A program made the translations under genes and the position numbers. From Candidatus Electronema aureum (GTDB lineage Bacteria > Desulfobacterota > Desulfobulbia > Desulfobulbales > Desulfobulbaceae), in assembly GCA_004284765.1 (NCBI GenBank), contig NQJD01000010.1:30001-62000 (forward strand): a stretch of 32,000 bases of DNA, given 5' to 3'. Below the pieces are notes generated by a model that worked only from the letters and a program-made list of their open reading frames with translations, was not told the origin of the DNA and searched no databases. Below, piece by piece: positions 23,088 through 31,927 of the stretch (its first letter is position 1; every line of letters begins with the position of its first letter).

Positions 23088-23945
23088 TTATCGTTTTTTT
23101 CCTTGGGCTACACGGGGGCGACCAACCCAATCTGGGATGATCTCAATCTGCTCAAACGCACCCGTTTGCAGCAAGGCCGCTTTCACGTCTGCTTCAAGAT
23201 CAGCCCCGATCTCCATAAACAACCAACCACCGGGCCGCAGGTGCCGCGCCCCCTGCGTGCAGATTAGGTCAATGATTTCCATACCTGAAGTGCCGCCAGA
23301 GAGGGCTAACTGCGGCTCCCAGTCGCGTACTTCCGGCTCAAGAGTAGGAATGTCATTTGCCTTTATGTACGGAGGATTACTGACGATCAAGTCAAACTGT
23401 GCTTCCGGGCGCAAGGCAGTGAGCAAATCAGCGCAGAGGAAGCTAATGAGGCTTTCTAACTGATGACGGAGGACATTGTTTCGTGCTACCGAGAGGGCTG
23501 CCAAGGAGCAGTCGAGCGCAGTCACTGTGGCATGAGGTAACTCCTTTGCCAAGACCGTCGCAATCACTCCGCTGCCAGTACAAAGATCAAGTATCTGCTG
23601 CGGCTGGCATTGCTCCACAGCTAAGACAGCCAACACATGTTCGAGGAGAAACTCGGTCTCTGGGCGGGGAATCAGCACCGCCGCGTTGACAAGGAAGGTC
23701 AGCGACCAGAACTCGCAACTGCCGGTGATATACTGGAGGGGTTCGCGTTGGCAGCGACGGCGCAACAGCTCATGGAACTGCCGCGCTTGCTCCGGTGTTA
23801 CCTCGTGCTTGTGAAGAAGAAACAAGCCACTCCGAGACACGCTCAGGCAATGCCGCAACAGCAGCTCTGCCTCCAAATGGCTGTCTTCTACTCCAGCCTG
23901 AGCCAGAGCGGCAGCTGCTGTTGCCAGAAGGGAATAGAAAGTCAA
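23088..23945 (-). CDS. prmC: Peptide chain release factor N5-glutamine methyltransferase
   Basis: 285 aa with the SAM-binding DLCTGSGVIA, the catalytic NPPY (VSNPPYI) and the conserved REPLQYI motif. The apparent start is TTG. Confidence 0.9.
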   Translation of the reverse strand: MTFYSLLATAAAALAQAGVEDSHLEAELLLRHCLSVSRSGLFLLHKHEVTPEQARQFHELLRRRCQREPLQYITGSCEFWSLTFLVNAAVLIPRPETEFLLEHVLAVLAVEQCQPQQILDLCTGSGVIATVLAKELPHATVTALDCSLAALSVARNNVLRHQLESLISFLCADLLTALRPEAQFDLIVSNPPYIKANDIPTLEPEVRDWEPQLALSGGTSGMEIIDLICTQGARHLRPGGWLFMEIGADLEADVKAALLQTGAFEQIEIIPDWVGRPRVAQGKKR

Positions 23946-23965
23946 GCGAACTGACTACGAGTTGA

Positions 23966-24454
23966 TCACAAGAAAGAAAGCAGCACTGAAGCCCGCTCTG
24001 GTACGAACCGCCTACACCGCACGCCGGATTTGGCAAACATGAGTTTAGCCGCCCGAACTGAATCCGTATCCTTGTATTTATCAGACAGGTAAATGATTTC
24101 CCGAATACCGGATTGGATGATCACTTTGCCGCATTCGTTGCAAGGAAAGAGAGCCACATAAATTCGGCAATCATGCAAATCGCGCACGGTCGAATTCAGC
24201 ACCGCGTTCAGCTCGGCATGGCAGACGTAGGGATATTTAGTGTCCAAATACTCGCCTTCGCGGCTCCAAGGTAGATCGTCGTCCGAGCAGCCCCAAGGAA
24301 AGCCGTTGTAGCCCACGCCGATGATCTTATTCGCCGCGCTGGCTACACAGGCCCCAACTTGGGTGCTGGGGTCTTTGGAGCGCAGCCCGGAAAGCAGGGC
24401 CACGGCCATGAAATATTCATCCCAAGAAAGATAATCTGTGCGCTTGCTGACCAT
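23966..24454 (-). CDS. Deoxycytidylate (dCMP) deaminase
   Basis: 162 aa with the zinc motifs CHAELNA and PCNECGKVI. The N-terminal WDEYFM is typical of dCMP deaminases. Confidence 0.9.
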   Translation of the reverse strand: MVSKRTDYLSWDEYFMAVALLSGLRSKDPSTQVGACVASAANKIIGVGYNGFPWGCSDDDLPWSREGEYLDTKYPYVCHAELNAVLNSTVRDLHDCRIYVALFPCNECGKVIIQSGIREIIYLSDKYKDTDSVRAAKLMFAKSGVRCRRFVPERASVLLSFL

Positions 24455-24462
24455 GCTTTACT

Positions 24463-25383
24463 TTACTCCTGCCCAGCTTGCGCTGCCTTGAACTGCTTGC
24501 GTCGTCTCCGCCAGTCGTCCGCGCCCGTGACTTGGCTGACAAAGCGACTGATCGCTTGAAAGTAGTATTTCCCGCCCACCGCAATCAGCGAGTTGTGATC
24601 AGCACCGGGCACAACTTGTAGCTCTTTACTTCGCGCCCCGCATTCGGCGTGCAGTTTCTCTGCCTGCCAAAGCGGAATCAGCGTATCGCGCTGCCCGTGC
24701 AGCAGAAAAGTCGGTTTGGTTACGGTGCTGATTTTACCAGCGTTGTTGAAGGTTTGCTCCTCGTTCATCCCCACATCCTTCAGTTGCTCGCCTAAGCCCA
24801 AAGTCTCGGCCAAAGGCAAAGTGAGAGCGAAGCCGCTTTCGATGATCAGCCCGCTGATCTCGGTGTTGTGTGCGGCAGCAAGTTCAATCGCGCAAGCAGA
24901 GCCAAGCGAGCGCCCCATGAGAAAGAGAACAGGACTGTAGCCGTTTTCCTGCAAATACTGCTTGAGCTGGGCGTAGAGAACACGGCTATCTGCTAGGAGG
25001 GTAGAATAAGACGGGCTGCCGCTGCTCCAGCCGTAACCTCGGTAATCAACAACAAGAAAGTTAAGACCAACCTGCATGTAAAGCGGGCCGATCTCATCGT
25101 AGTCAGTGACGATTTCACCATTGCCGTGGAAGAAAAGGATGGTCGGAGCAGCCTTGTCTGCGGTGAACAGGCGACAGCCGATGCTGATGCCCGGTTCCAC
25201 CTCAATGTCGATATCTGCCGCGCCAAGCGGCAGGGCAGTTCTGGCCTCTACGCGGGGACGAAAGAGGACGCGCTGCACTTCTGGTCGGTTCATGGGATTT
25301 CCGTTGATCTCTGAGGGGGATTCCGGGCCGGTGCAGCTCCAAAGCAAAGTGATGAGGATGATCAGACAAAAGCCTTGCCTCAT
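24463..25383 (-). CDS. Alpha/beta-fold hydrolase, probable lipoprotein
   Basis: The signal peptide has a lipobox (MRQGFCLIILITLLWSC). The nucleophile elbow is GRSLGS, with Asp/His candidates QRDTLIP and GADHNS. I prefer ATG 25383 over the GTG at 25395. Confidence 0.8.
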   Translation of the reverse strand: MRQGFCLIILITLLWSCTGPESPSEINGNPMNRPEVQRVLFRPRVEARTALPLGAADIDIEVEPGISIGCRLFTADKAAPTILFFHGNGEIVTDYDEIGPLYMQVGLNFLVVDYRGYGWSSGSPSYSTLLADSRVLYAQLKQYLQENGYSPVLFLMGRSLGSACAIELAAAHNTEISGLIIESGFALTLPLAETLGLGEQLKDVGMNEEQTFNNAGKISTVTKPTFLLHGQRDTLIPLWQAEKLHAECGARSKELQVVPGADHNSLIAVGGKYYFQAISRFVSQVTGADDWRRRRKQFKAAQAGQE

Positions 25384-25391
25384 TGTTACTA

Positions 25392-26231
25392 TCACCGGGC
25401 GGATAACTTTCGTTCTTTCTTGCAGATGCCGGGCAGATTAGTCACTTCCGCTGAAAGCTCCTCAATTGATTTGCCCTCTGTATGCACAATCTGAATGCCA
25501 TGCTGCATGTAAAGCTGCTCCGACCGTTGCAGCTCGGCTCGACAAGTGACTAACTGCGCGTATTTGCTGCCCCGATAGCGTTCTTCCCGAATGCGGTGGA
25601 GAAACTGCGGGGTAACAGTTAAACCAACGGCCCGCGTCCGGTTACGGAGGATATCCGTAGGCAGTTCATAGGCATCCAAATGGTCGGCAGTCATAGGAAA
25701 ATTAGCCGCCTTCAGGCCCATGTGGGTGGCGATATAGACGCTAACCGGAGTCTTACCTGTGCGCGAGACCCCGATTAGGATGATATCAGCCTGATCATAG
25801 CCTTCCGTTTTTTTACCGTCGTCATGCTCCAAGGTGTAGCGGATCGCCTCGACCCGCTTTTCAGTCTTGGCATCGTCGCGGTTACGATAAAAACCCGGTT
25901 GATGGAGAGCTTTAGCCTCCAACGTGTGTTCTAACCGGTCGAGAAAGCCGCCGTAAAGGTCAATAAGCTCTACTTCGGCAACGGCAAAGACCTGCCGCAC
26001 CTCCACCTCCATGATCGTGCAGAAGATCAAAGGCTGGAGACCGCCCGATTGCTTCATGATCCGGGCTAAAGTCAGCTCTGCATCTCGTTTCTCGCGGACA
26101 AAGGGAATTTTCTCTTCATTAAAGCCAATCTCTGGAAACTGACAAAGCATCGACCTGCCCATTTCCTCAGCCAGCAGGGCAGTTGAATCGGAAATATAAT
26201 AAACATCCTTCGTATTCCACATGGCATTCAC
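25392..26231 (-). CDS. ppsR: Pyruvate/PEP-synthase regulatory kinase-phosphorylase (PpsR/PDRP, DUF299 family)
   Basis: 279 aa with the N-terminal YYISDSTALLAEEMG, the P-loop-like GVSRTGKTP and a C-terminal family-like region. The ORF-track start is a GTG overlapping the upstream stop; an in-frame ATG at 26222 is an alternative. Confidence 0.85.
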   Translation of the reverse strand: MNAMWNTKDVYYISDSTALLAEEMGRSMLCQFPEIGFNEEKIPFVREKRDAELTLARIMKQSGGLQPLIFCTIMEVEVRQVFAVAEVELIDLYGGFLDRLEHTLEAKALHQPGFYRNRDDAKTEKRVEAIRYTLEHDDGKKTEGYDQADIILIGVSRTGKTPVSVYIATHMGLKAANFPMTADHLDAYELPTDILRNRTRAVGLTVTPQFLHRIREERYRGSKYAQLVTCRAELQRSEQLYMQHGIQIVHTEGKSIEELSAEVTNLPGICKKERKLSAR

Positions 26232-26500
26232 CGTATTTCGGTTCGTTTATGACAGAACAAGCAGCGGTAGGTCGGGGGATGATCTTTTGGTAGAGGCATT
26301 TTGCCTTCGCCGTGACATTCGCTGCAATGCTTTTCTGCCTCTTTCTTCTCCATTGCCATGAGTTGTTCATGCTTGTTGTCATGAGGCAGGTGAGCCGTGG
26401 TTTCCGGCGGGGCATTCCAGAGAAAGAGAAAGATGCCTGCACAGATGGCAACGAAGAGCAGATTATAGATGAGAAGGTTCTTCTTTTTGTCTTCTGGCAT
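26228..26500 (-). CDS. Membrane-anchored dihaem c-type cytochrome
   Basis: ~90 aa with one N-terminal TM helix (LLIYNLLFVAICAGIFLFLW) and two CxxCH motifs (CSECH, CLFCH). The start is ATG 26500, or GTG 26509 overlapping the upstream stop. Confidence 0.7.
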   Translation of the reverse strand: MPEDKKKNLLIYNLLFVAICAGIFLFLWNAPPETTAHLPHDNKHEQLMAMEKKEAEKHCSECHGEGKMPLPKDHPPTYRCLFCHKRTEIR

Positions 26501-26505
26501 GAGAA

Positions 26506-27567
26506 TCACGGTTCAGTTGCGGAGCGCGGCGCGGGAGCCATCTCCAAGGCATGAAAACCAAGCAGCTTACACCGCAGCAACAAGAGCAGCAACTCAGTGA
26601 GCAGGAAGGAGCAGGCCGGGTGGCGGGCCGTGAGATTAATCACCCGACGGTGCTGCGCCTGTTTTTTCACCATGTCGGTGATGGCATTGTCGCTGCTTTG
26701 TGGATCAAGAATCCGACGAGCAACTGTCTTACCAGAAACCACTGCCGGATAAATTCCCTCACCAGTCAAGCCGGAAGCCAGCCCAGCAGCATCGCCAACC
26801 AACCAGACCGGACCGAACTGATAGCCTCGGTAGTCGTAATTAATCAGGGCAGCTTGGCAGGGCAAGTCCTTGAGCTGAAAGCCGCGTCCGTCCGCCCATC
26901 TGAGCAGATTTCGTTTCAACCTACCTGCGGACATATCCGACTGCGGACTGTATGCACCTACCGAAACGGTATTCTTGTGCGGAAAAATCCATGCGTAGCC
27001 ACAACCAAAGGCCCGCGCACTGAGGTGCCATTCCATCTGCTCTGCGGAACGCGGTACCTGAAAGTTGATGCCCGGCCCTCGGTCTTCAGCAGGAATGCCG
27101 AGATATTGCCTTACTAACGAGTTAGCCCCGTCTGCGCCAACTAACTGCGTACATGTGAAGGTTTTACATTCTCCGTTGCCGGTTTCAGTCATCACGCGCA
27201 GGCCGTCTATTGATCTCACCTTGATATCTGTAATGATCTCGGCACCGGCTTGCACTGCCTGCTCTGCCATCCATTGGCCCAGCACGGTTCTGTTAATAGT
27301 GGCGATGATCGGATTTTTTTCCCGCACCACTGTCTTCTGGCAGGATGAAACGATGTGCTGCTCGCAAAAGCTGCGTTCAATCAACGCCTCTGGTACCAGC
27401 CGCAGCAGGCCATCCCACGTGATTCCACCTGCGCAGACCTTTGGCCCAATTTCCTTTCTCCGCTCCAGCACCAGCACGTGGCGACCTTGCTCGGCCAAAA
27501 CTTTGGCACAAGCCAGCCCGCCTGGCCCGGCTCCAATGATGAGTATATCTGTGCTGATGGAGAACAT
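26506..27567 (-). CDS. Geranylgeranyl-reductase-family FAD-dependent oxidoreductase
   Basis: N-terminal DILIIGAGPGGLACAKVLAEQGRHVLVLE followed by GPKVCAGGI, and GDAAG near the C-terminus. ATG 27567 (MFSISTDILIIGAG) is preferred over the TTG at 27642. Confidence 0.8.
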   Translation of the reverse strand: MFSISTDILIIGAGPGGLACAKVLAEQGRHVLVLERRKEIGPKVCAGGITWDGLLRLVPEALIERSFCEQHIVSSCQKTVVREKNPIIATINRTVLGQWMAEQAVQAGAEIITDIKVRSIDGLRVMTETGNGECKTFTCTQLVGADGANSLVRQYLGIPAEDRGPGINFQVPRSAEQMEWHLSARAFGCGYAWIFPHKNTVSVGAYSPQSDMSAGRLKRNLLRWADGRGFQLKDLPCQAALINYDYRGYQFGPVWLVGDAAGLASGLTGEGIYPAVVSGKTVARRILDPQSSDNAITDMVKKQAQHRRVINLTARHPACSFLLTELLLLLLRCKLLGFHALEMAPAPRSATEP

Positions 27568-27723
27568 GGACAACAGCAGAGGTCTGAGGATAAGATTACG
27601 CCACACGCAGGGGAACAGTTTGCGCCTTCTTTTTACCAGCAATAGAGGATTTCCGCAACAGGGCAGGGCGGCAAATCGTTCTGCTGCGACAGAAGGGCTA
27701 ATTTGGTCAGAAGCCTTCTGGCG

Positions 27724-28206
27724 CTACTTCCCTGTTTGCTGCCACGGCCTGACCTCAATTGCCGAGATGGAATTTTTCGGTGAGCCATCAATCAGCTTGT
27801 CTGAATAGGTCAAATAGACCAAGACGTTGCGTTTCTTGTCGTAAAAGCGCACCACTTGGAGTTTCTTGAACAAGATTGAGGTGGATTTGCGAAAGACCCG
27901 CTCACCGTCCCGTTCACCATTGACCACATCTTCTGGCAGGGTGATTGGGCCTGTTTGACGGCACGCAATAGAGGCATCCGTGGTGTCTTCCGCTAATCCC
28001 AGCGAACCTTTGACCCCGCCGGTTTTCGCCCGACTGACATAGCAGGTCGCGCCTGCGATATCTGGGTCGTCAAAAGTATCGATCACAATCTTGTGATTTG
28101 CACCCAGCAGTTTGAAGGCCGTGCTAACTTCGCCAATTTGCTCGGCCTGTGCTACAGTAGCAACAAAAATGGCCAACAGGGTTGTTCCTGAAAATATTCT
28201 TTTCAT
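27724..28206 (-). CDS. creA: CreA-family periplasmic protein
   Basis: 161 aa from ATG 28206 with a signal peptide ([21 protein letters not shown]). CreA-like blocks are present: FKLLG.NHKI.I..FDDP...[22 protein letters not shown] and LVYL.YS. Confidence 0.8.
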   Translation of the reverse strand: MKRIFSGTTLLAIFVATVAQAEQIGEVSTAFKLLGANHKIVIDTFDDPDIAGATCYVSRAKTGGVKGSLGLAEDTTDASIACRQTGPITLPEDVVNGERDGERVFRKSTSILFKKLQVVRFYDKKRNVLVYLTYSDKLIDGSPKNSISAIEVRPWQQTGK

Positions 28207-28207
28207 A

Positions 28208-29899
28208 TCAGCGTCCAGCCTGCATTCTATTAATGGCACTGAGGAGTGCCTTGATTGAGGAAATGATGATGTCCGTATCGATTCCAGCACCCCACCACGC
28301 TTCACCATGATCGCTGCCCAGCACCTCAATATAAGTCACAGCCTTAGCGGATGAACCCTCGGTCAGCGCGTGTTCGTGGTAAGAGGTAAGGGCGAAGTCC
28401 AATCCTGCGTCCCTTCTTAAAGCGGCGCAGAAGGCATCCAAAGGACCGTTGCCGCTTTCCTGTAGATGTAGCTCTCTGTTGTCAACCTCGACCACCGCTT
28501 CGATGTTCGCAACCGACATTTCTTCATGCTGATCAACATGCCGCTTGACCACGTTAAACTGTTTCAGTCGAATGCCGCCCTGTTGCTGGCGCAAATATTC
28601 TCGTTCAAAAACCGCGAGTACAGCCTTGGCAGACAACTCGCTCCCCACTCGCTCAGTCTCTTCCTGCACTAAGCGACCAAAGCCAGGCCGCATCTTCTTC
28701 GGTAGCTTATAGCCGAATTCTTGATTCATGATATAGGCCGCACCGCCCTTGCCCGACTGGCTGTTGATGCAGATAATCGACTCGTAGCTGCGGCCCACAT
28801 CCTTGGGGTCGATGGGCAAATAAGGCACAGCCCATAGACCAGATTTATCGTTCTCCAACGCCTCCATGCCTTTACTGATCGCGTCCTGATGCGAGCCGGA
28901 AAAAGCGGTATAGACCAGCTCACCCACATAGGGATGGCGGGGATGCACGGGCAGTCCGGTGCAGCGTTGATAAACCTCGGTCACCCGGTTGATGTTAGAG
29001 AAATCAAGTTTGGGATCAACGCCTTGACTGAACATGTTCAGAGCCAAGGTGAGAATATCAACATTGCCGGTGCGCTCACCGTTGCCAAAGAGGGTGCCTT
29101 CAACCCGATCAGCTCCGGCCATCAGGGCCAACTCGGTGGCCGCAACCGCACAGCCTCGATCATTGTGGGCGTGCAGACTGATGCGAATGCTGTCGCGCTG
29201 TTTCAACTTGCGGATGAACCACTCGATTTGGTCGGCGTAAATATTGGGCGTGGACATCTCGACTGTGGCAGGCAAATTAAGAATCACAGGTCGCTCCGGG
29301 CTTGGCTCCCAGACAGCAGCCACGGCTTCGCAAATTTCCAAAGCAAAATCAAGCTCAGTGCCTGTGAAGCTCTCTGGTGAATATTGATAACGAATATCAC
29401 CGTCAAATCGGGCCGCTTCCTCGCGGATAACCTCCGCGCCTCGCACGCCCAATGCGATGATTTCCTGCTGTCCCATTTTGAAGACCACCTCACGCTGCAA
29501 GGTGGAGGTAGAGTTGTAGAGGTGAACGATGGCTTTTTTTACACCGCGCAACGCCTCAAAGCTCTTGCGGATCAACGGCTCGCGGGCCTGAGTCAGCACC
29601 TGCACAGTTACATCATCGGGAATATGCCCCTCGTCAATCAGTTTACGGAGAAAATCGTACTCAATCGTGGAGGCCGCTGGAAAACCAACCTCAATTTCCT
29701 TAAAACCGATCTCCACCAGCAGTTCAAACATCTCTAATTTTTGCGCAATGTTCATTGGCTGGCGCAGGGCTTGATTGCCGTCGCGCAGATCGACCGAACA
29801 CCAAGCTGGCGCAACAGTGATGGTCTTGCTCGGCCAACTGCGGTCGCGCAGCGGCACGGCGGGACAAGGGCGGTACTTACTCAATTTGTCAGCCTGCAT
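28208..29899 (-). CDS. leuA: 2-isopropylmalate synthase (long, LeuA type 2 form)
   Basis: 564 aa from ATG 29899 (AAGGAA SD) with [24 protein letters not shown] and a C-terminal LeuA dimerisation/regulatory domain. The extended GTG at 29944 lies inside the upstream terminator. Confidence 0.92.
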   Translation of the reverse strand: MQADKLSKYRPCPAVPLRDRSWPSKTITVAPAWCSVDLRDGNQALRQPMNIAQKLEMFELLVEIGFKEIEVGFPAASTIEYDFLRKLIDEGHIPDDVTVQVLTQAREPLIRKSFEALRGVKKAIVHLYNSTSTLQREVVFKMGQQEIIALGVRGAEVIREEAARFDGDIRYQYSPESFTGTELDFALEICEAVAAVWEPSPERPVILNLPATVEMSTPNIYADQIEWFIRKLKQRDSIRISLHAHNDRGCAVAATELALMAGADRVEGTLFGNGERTGNVDILTLALNMFSQGVDPKLDFSNINRVTEVYQRCTGLPVHPRHPYVGELVYTAFSGSHQDAISKGMEALENDKSGLWAVPYLPIDPKDVGRSYESIICINSQSGKGGAAYIMNQEFGYKLPKKMRPGFGRLVQEETERVGSELSAKAVLAVFEREYLRQQQGGIRLKQFNVVKRHVDQHEEMSVANIEAVVEVDNRELHLQESGNGPLDAFCAALRRDAGLDFALTSYHEHALTEGSSAKAVTYIEVLGSDHGEAWWGAGIDTDIIISSIKALLSAINRMQAGR

Positions 29900-29932
29900 T
29901 GCATTTCCTTTGAAAAGATTGCACGAGTAAAT

Positions 29933-29967
29933 AAAAAAAGCCACGATTCATGCGCTGAACCGTGGCT
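29933..29967 (-). terminator. Rho-independent terminator or attenuator immediately upstream of leuA
   Basis: The minus strand reads AGCCACGgTTCagcgcatGAAtCGTGGCT followed by TTTTTTT. It lies 34 nt upstream of the leuA ATG and 135 nt downstream of the 30102 gene stop. Confidence 0.6.
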
Positions 29968-30101
29968 GCGGATTACTTTGCTCTTTGATCGTCAGAACAA
30001 AGTTCCTCCTTCAGCCCCGGCTGCACAAAGCAGGCGGGGAAGTAGTACGAAATGAAGGAGGCAACTGATAGAGATCATATGCTGATTGGTGTAACGGATT
30101 G

Positions 30102-30413
30102 CTATTCCTGTCTACCAAGCCAGTTGATATGCCATTCAACTTCATTGGCATACTCCGGTGTGATAGGGCTGCCGTCTATCCACCTGACAAATACACGAAA
30201 ACGCTTATGTGTTGCCTTGTAAATAGAAGTGGCTCCTGTTGTTGCCCAATGCTGGTTCTTGCCGCCTAGCGATGTGATGTACACTGGTATATTTTCCGTG
30301 ACATCAAAAGAAGCATCAGAAGTGTCAACGTCAACATAGACACCACGACCATTAGAAACTTGTTTCCAATCTGTGTTGCCGGGTTCGGTCCGTCCTGCAT
30401 AAGCTTTAGACAT
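30102..30413 (-). CDS. Hypothetical 103-aa protein (no motif I can name)
   Basis: Strong SD (GAAAGGAGGATGCACAAATG), its own sigma-70-like promoter and downstream hairpins. The sequence is MSKAYAGRTEPGNTDWKQVSNGRGVYVDVDTS...HWATTGATSIYKAT...WHINWLGRQE, likely beta-rich. Confidence 0.65.
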   Translation of the reverse strand: MSKAYAGRTEPGNTDWKQVSNGRGVYVDVDTSDASFDVTENIPVYITSLGGKNQHWATTGATSIYKATHKRFRVFVRWIDGSPITPEYANEVEWHINWLGRQE

Positions 30414-30476
30414 TTGTGCATCCTCCTTTCTCAGGGCCTTAACAGCCTGCTCTCCCTGTGAGAACAGTGTATCTCT

Positions 30477-30505
30477 ATACTATGGAAAGCAAATTCTTTT
30501 GTCAA
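30477..30505 (-). promoter_or_regulatory. Sigma-70-like promoter for the 103-aa gene
   Basis: The minus strand has TTGACA (30505-30500), a 17-nt spacer and TAGTAT (30482-30477). Confidence 0.45.
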
Positions 30506-30543
30506 GGAGGAACGTATTCTTTCGTTTCAGCAAGAGAAACTGA

Positions 30544-30571
30544 TTGACAAGTCGCTGTGAGTGGCTATGAT
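30544..30571 (+). promoter_or_regulatory. Sigma-70-like promoter for feoA (divergent from the 30505 promoter)
   Basis: TTGACA (30544-30549), 16-nt spacer, TATGAT (30566-30571). The 5' UTR contains the hairpin CATAAGGcttttCCTTATG (30589-30607) and the palindrome TGTGTACACA (30626-30635). Confidence 0.45.
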
Positions 30572-30644
30572 AACCTGCGGTTACGACGCATAAGGCTTTT
30601 CCTTATGAGCATTGCTAACAATCTGTGTGTACACAAGAAATGTC

Positions 30645-30881
30645 ATGACTGAACTCAACCTGCGCCAGATGGCGGTCAATCAGAGCGGCACTATCACTGC
30701 GGTCCGAGTCGGTGGTGAGCTGGGTCGCCGCATCCGAGAAATGGGCCTTGTGCCTGGCACTGAAATTACGATCAAGCAGCGCGCCCCGCTCAATGATCCA
30801 GTAGCCTTGCGGGTCATGGGTGGCACTCTTACCCTGCGAAATCAGGAGGCAGATTTTATCACCGTAAAGGTCGCCGACTGA
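30645..30881 (+). CDS. feoA: FeoA-domain protein (ferrous iron transport protein A-like), with no feoB adjacent
   Basis: 78 aa from ATG 30645 with the FeoA SH3-like pattern L..M..G..G.I..V....LGRRIREMGLVPGTEI.I..RAPL.DPV.L.V.G..LTLR..EA..I.V. Confidence 0.8.
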   Translation: MTELNLRQMAVNQSGTITAVRVGGELGRRIREMGLVPGTEITIKQRAPLNDPVALRVMGGTLTLRNQEADFITVKVAD

Positions 30882-30888
30882 ATCAAGT

Positions 30889-31662
30889 TCAAGCCTCGGC
30901 CAGCGAGCGGATAAACGGCCCAACTGCCGCTGCACCCTCGCGATCAACCAGCTTTATCGTGGCTGTACCGATCACCGCCATATCCGCTCGACCGTGTAAC
31001 AAGGCCACGTCCTCGCGATTAGCTATGCCAAAGCCCACTGCTAAAGGCAAATCCGTAGCCTTCCGACATCGGCCAAAGTATTCGACAAGTGAATCGTCCA
31101 TTTCAGTATGCTGACCAGTCACGCCTTTACGGGCCACGCAGTAAATGAAACCGCTGCCCTGCCTTGCGATCTCAGTCATTCGCTCGTCCGTGGAAGTCGG
31201 GGTGAAAAACATGATCGCCGCCAAGCCGTGTTCTTTGGCCAACTGGAGATATTCGTTACCCTCTTCCGGCGGTAGGTCAGGAATAATGAAGCCCTTCATG
31301 CCAATTTCCGCTGCTCGCTGGATAAAATCCGCCAGCCCGTAACGAAAGACAATGTTGTAATAGGTCATGAAAAGAAAGTTGACTTGAGGAAATTCACGAG
31401 CCATTTCAGCGGCAAAGGCGATGCAATCGCGTACCTTGATGCCCGCTGCTAATGCCTCCTGATTGGCTTTGAGAATCACCGGCCCATCGGCCATCGGTTC
31501 GGAAAAGGGTATTTGGAGTTCGATGCAATCCACCCCATTTTCCGCCATCTGCCGGATCACCTCCCGGTTGACAGCCAAAGAAGGATAGCCCAGCACTAAA
31601 TGAGTCATCAACAGTAAGGGCTTCTGCGTCAGCCGCTGCTGCAAATTCTGCTGCAAATTCAT
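30889..31662 (-). CDS. trpA: Tryptophan synthase alpha chain
   Basis: 257 aa with LGYPS, GVDCIELQIPFSEPMADGPVI, IIPDLPPEE, YCVARKGVTG and VGFGI, all TrpA signatures. Confidence 0.92.
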   Translation of the reverse strand: MNLQQNLQQRLTQKPLLLMTHLVLGYPSLAVNREVIRQMAENGVDCIELQIPFSEPMADGPVILKANQEALAAGIKVRDCIAFAAEMAREFPQVNFLFMTYYNIVFRYGLADFIQRAAEIGMKGFIIPDLPPEEGNEYLQLAKEHGLAAIMFFTPTSTDERMTEIARQGSGFIYCVARKGVTGQHTEMDDSLVEYFGRCRKATDLPLAVGFGIANREDVALLHGRADMAVIGTATIKLVDREGAAAVGPFIRSLAEA

Positions 31663-31816
31663 GATAACCTGTTGTTCTGTTTGAAACGACGGGCCGAAGA
31701 AATACGTTCTCGGCGAGCTGCTATTGTAACCGCAGGGTGAAAAAAAAGGTATCTTTGATTTGCACAGGCGGGCTATTTTCCAGATGGCACAACTTTTTTG
31801 AACTATCCACTATTAG

Positions 31817-31927
31817 ACCTCTTGCATAAGCCGCAACTTGAGTAGGGGGGCGAAAAATTTTTTGCCCCCCTACATCACACATATGCTTGGTGCAGCCGCT
31901 GTGCGCAGGGGTTGTTATGCAAGAGGT
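31817..31927. repeat. 111-bp nested palindromic element (13-bp perfect terminal inverted repeats enclosing a 32-bp near-perfect palindrome)
   Basis: ACCTCTTGCATAA (31817-31829) pairs with TTATGCAAGAGGT (31915-31927). The inner palindrome is GTAGGGGGGCGAAAAATTTTTTGCCCCCCTAC (31842-31873, one mismatch). Confidence 0.6.

Noticed and set aside
26551-27808. Two plus-strand ORFs of 188 and 247 aa
   Set aside because: They are antisense to the GGR-family oxidoreductase, whose FAD-binding motifs fix the coding strand. No motifs are present.
29900-30101. T-box leader upstream of leuA
   Set aside because: There is no T-box consensus (…GGTGGTACCGCG-like) or specifier-loop architecture in the ~200-nt interval, and the interval is shorter than typical T-box leaders.
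30556-30600. Fur box in the feoA promoter region
   Set aside because: Only a weak partial match (…CTATGATAACC…) to the GATAATGATAATCATTATC consensus. It is not convincing without a scoring matrix.
31784-31802. Sigma-54-like TGGCAC on the plus strand (TGGCACAACTTTTTTGAA)
   Set aside because: The required GC at the -12 position (GG-N10-GC) is absent, and there is no downstream plus-strand gene.
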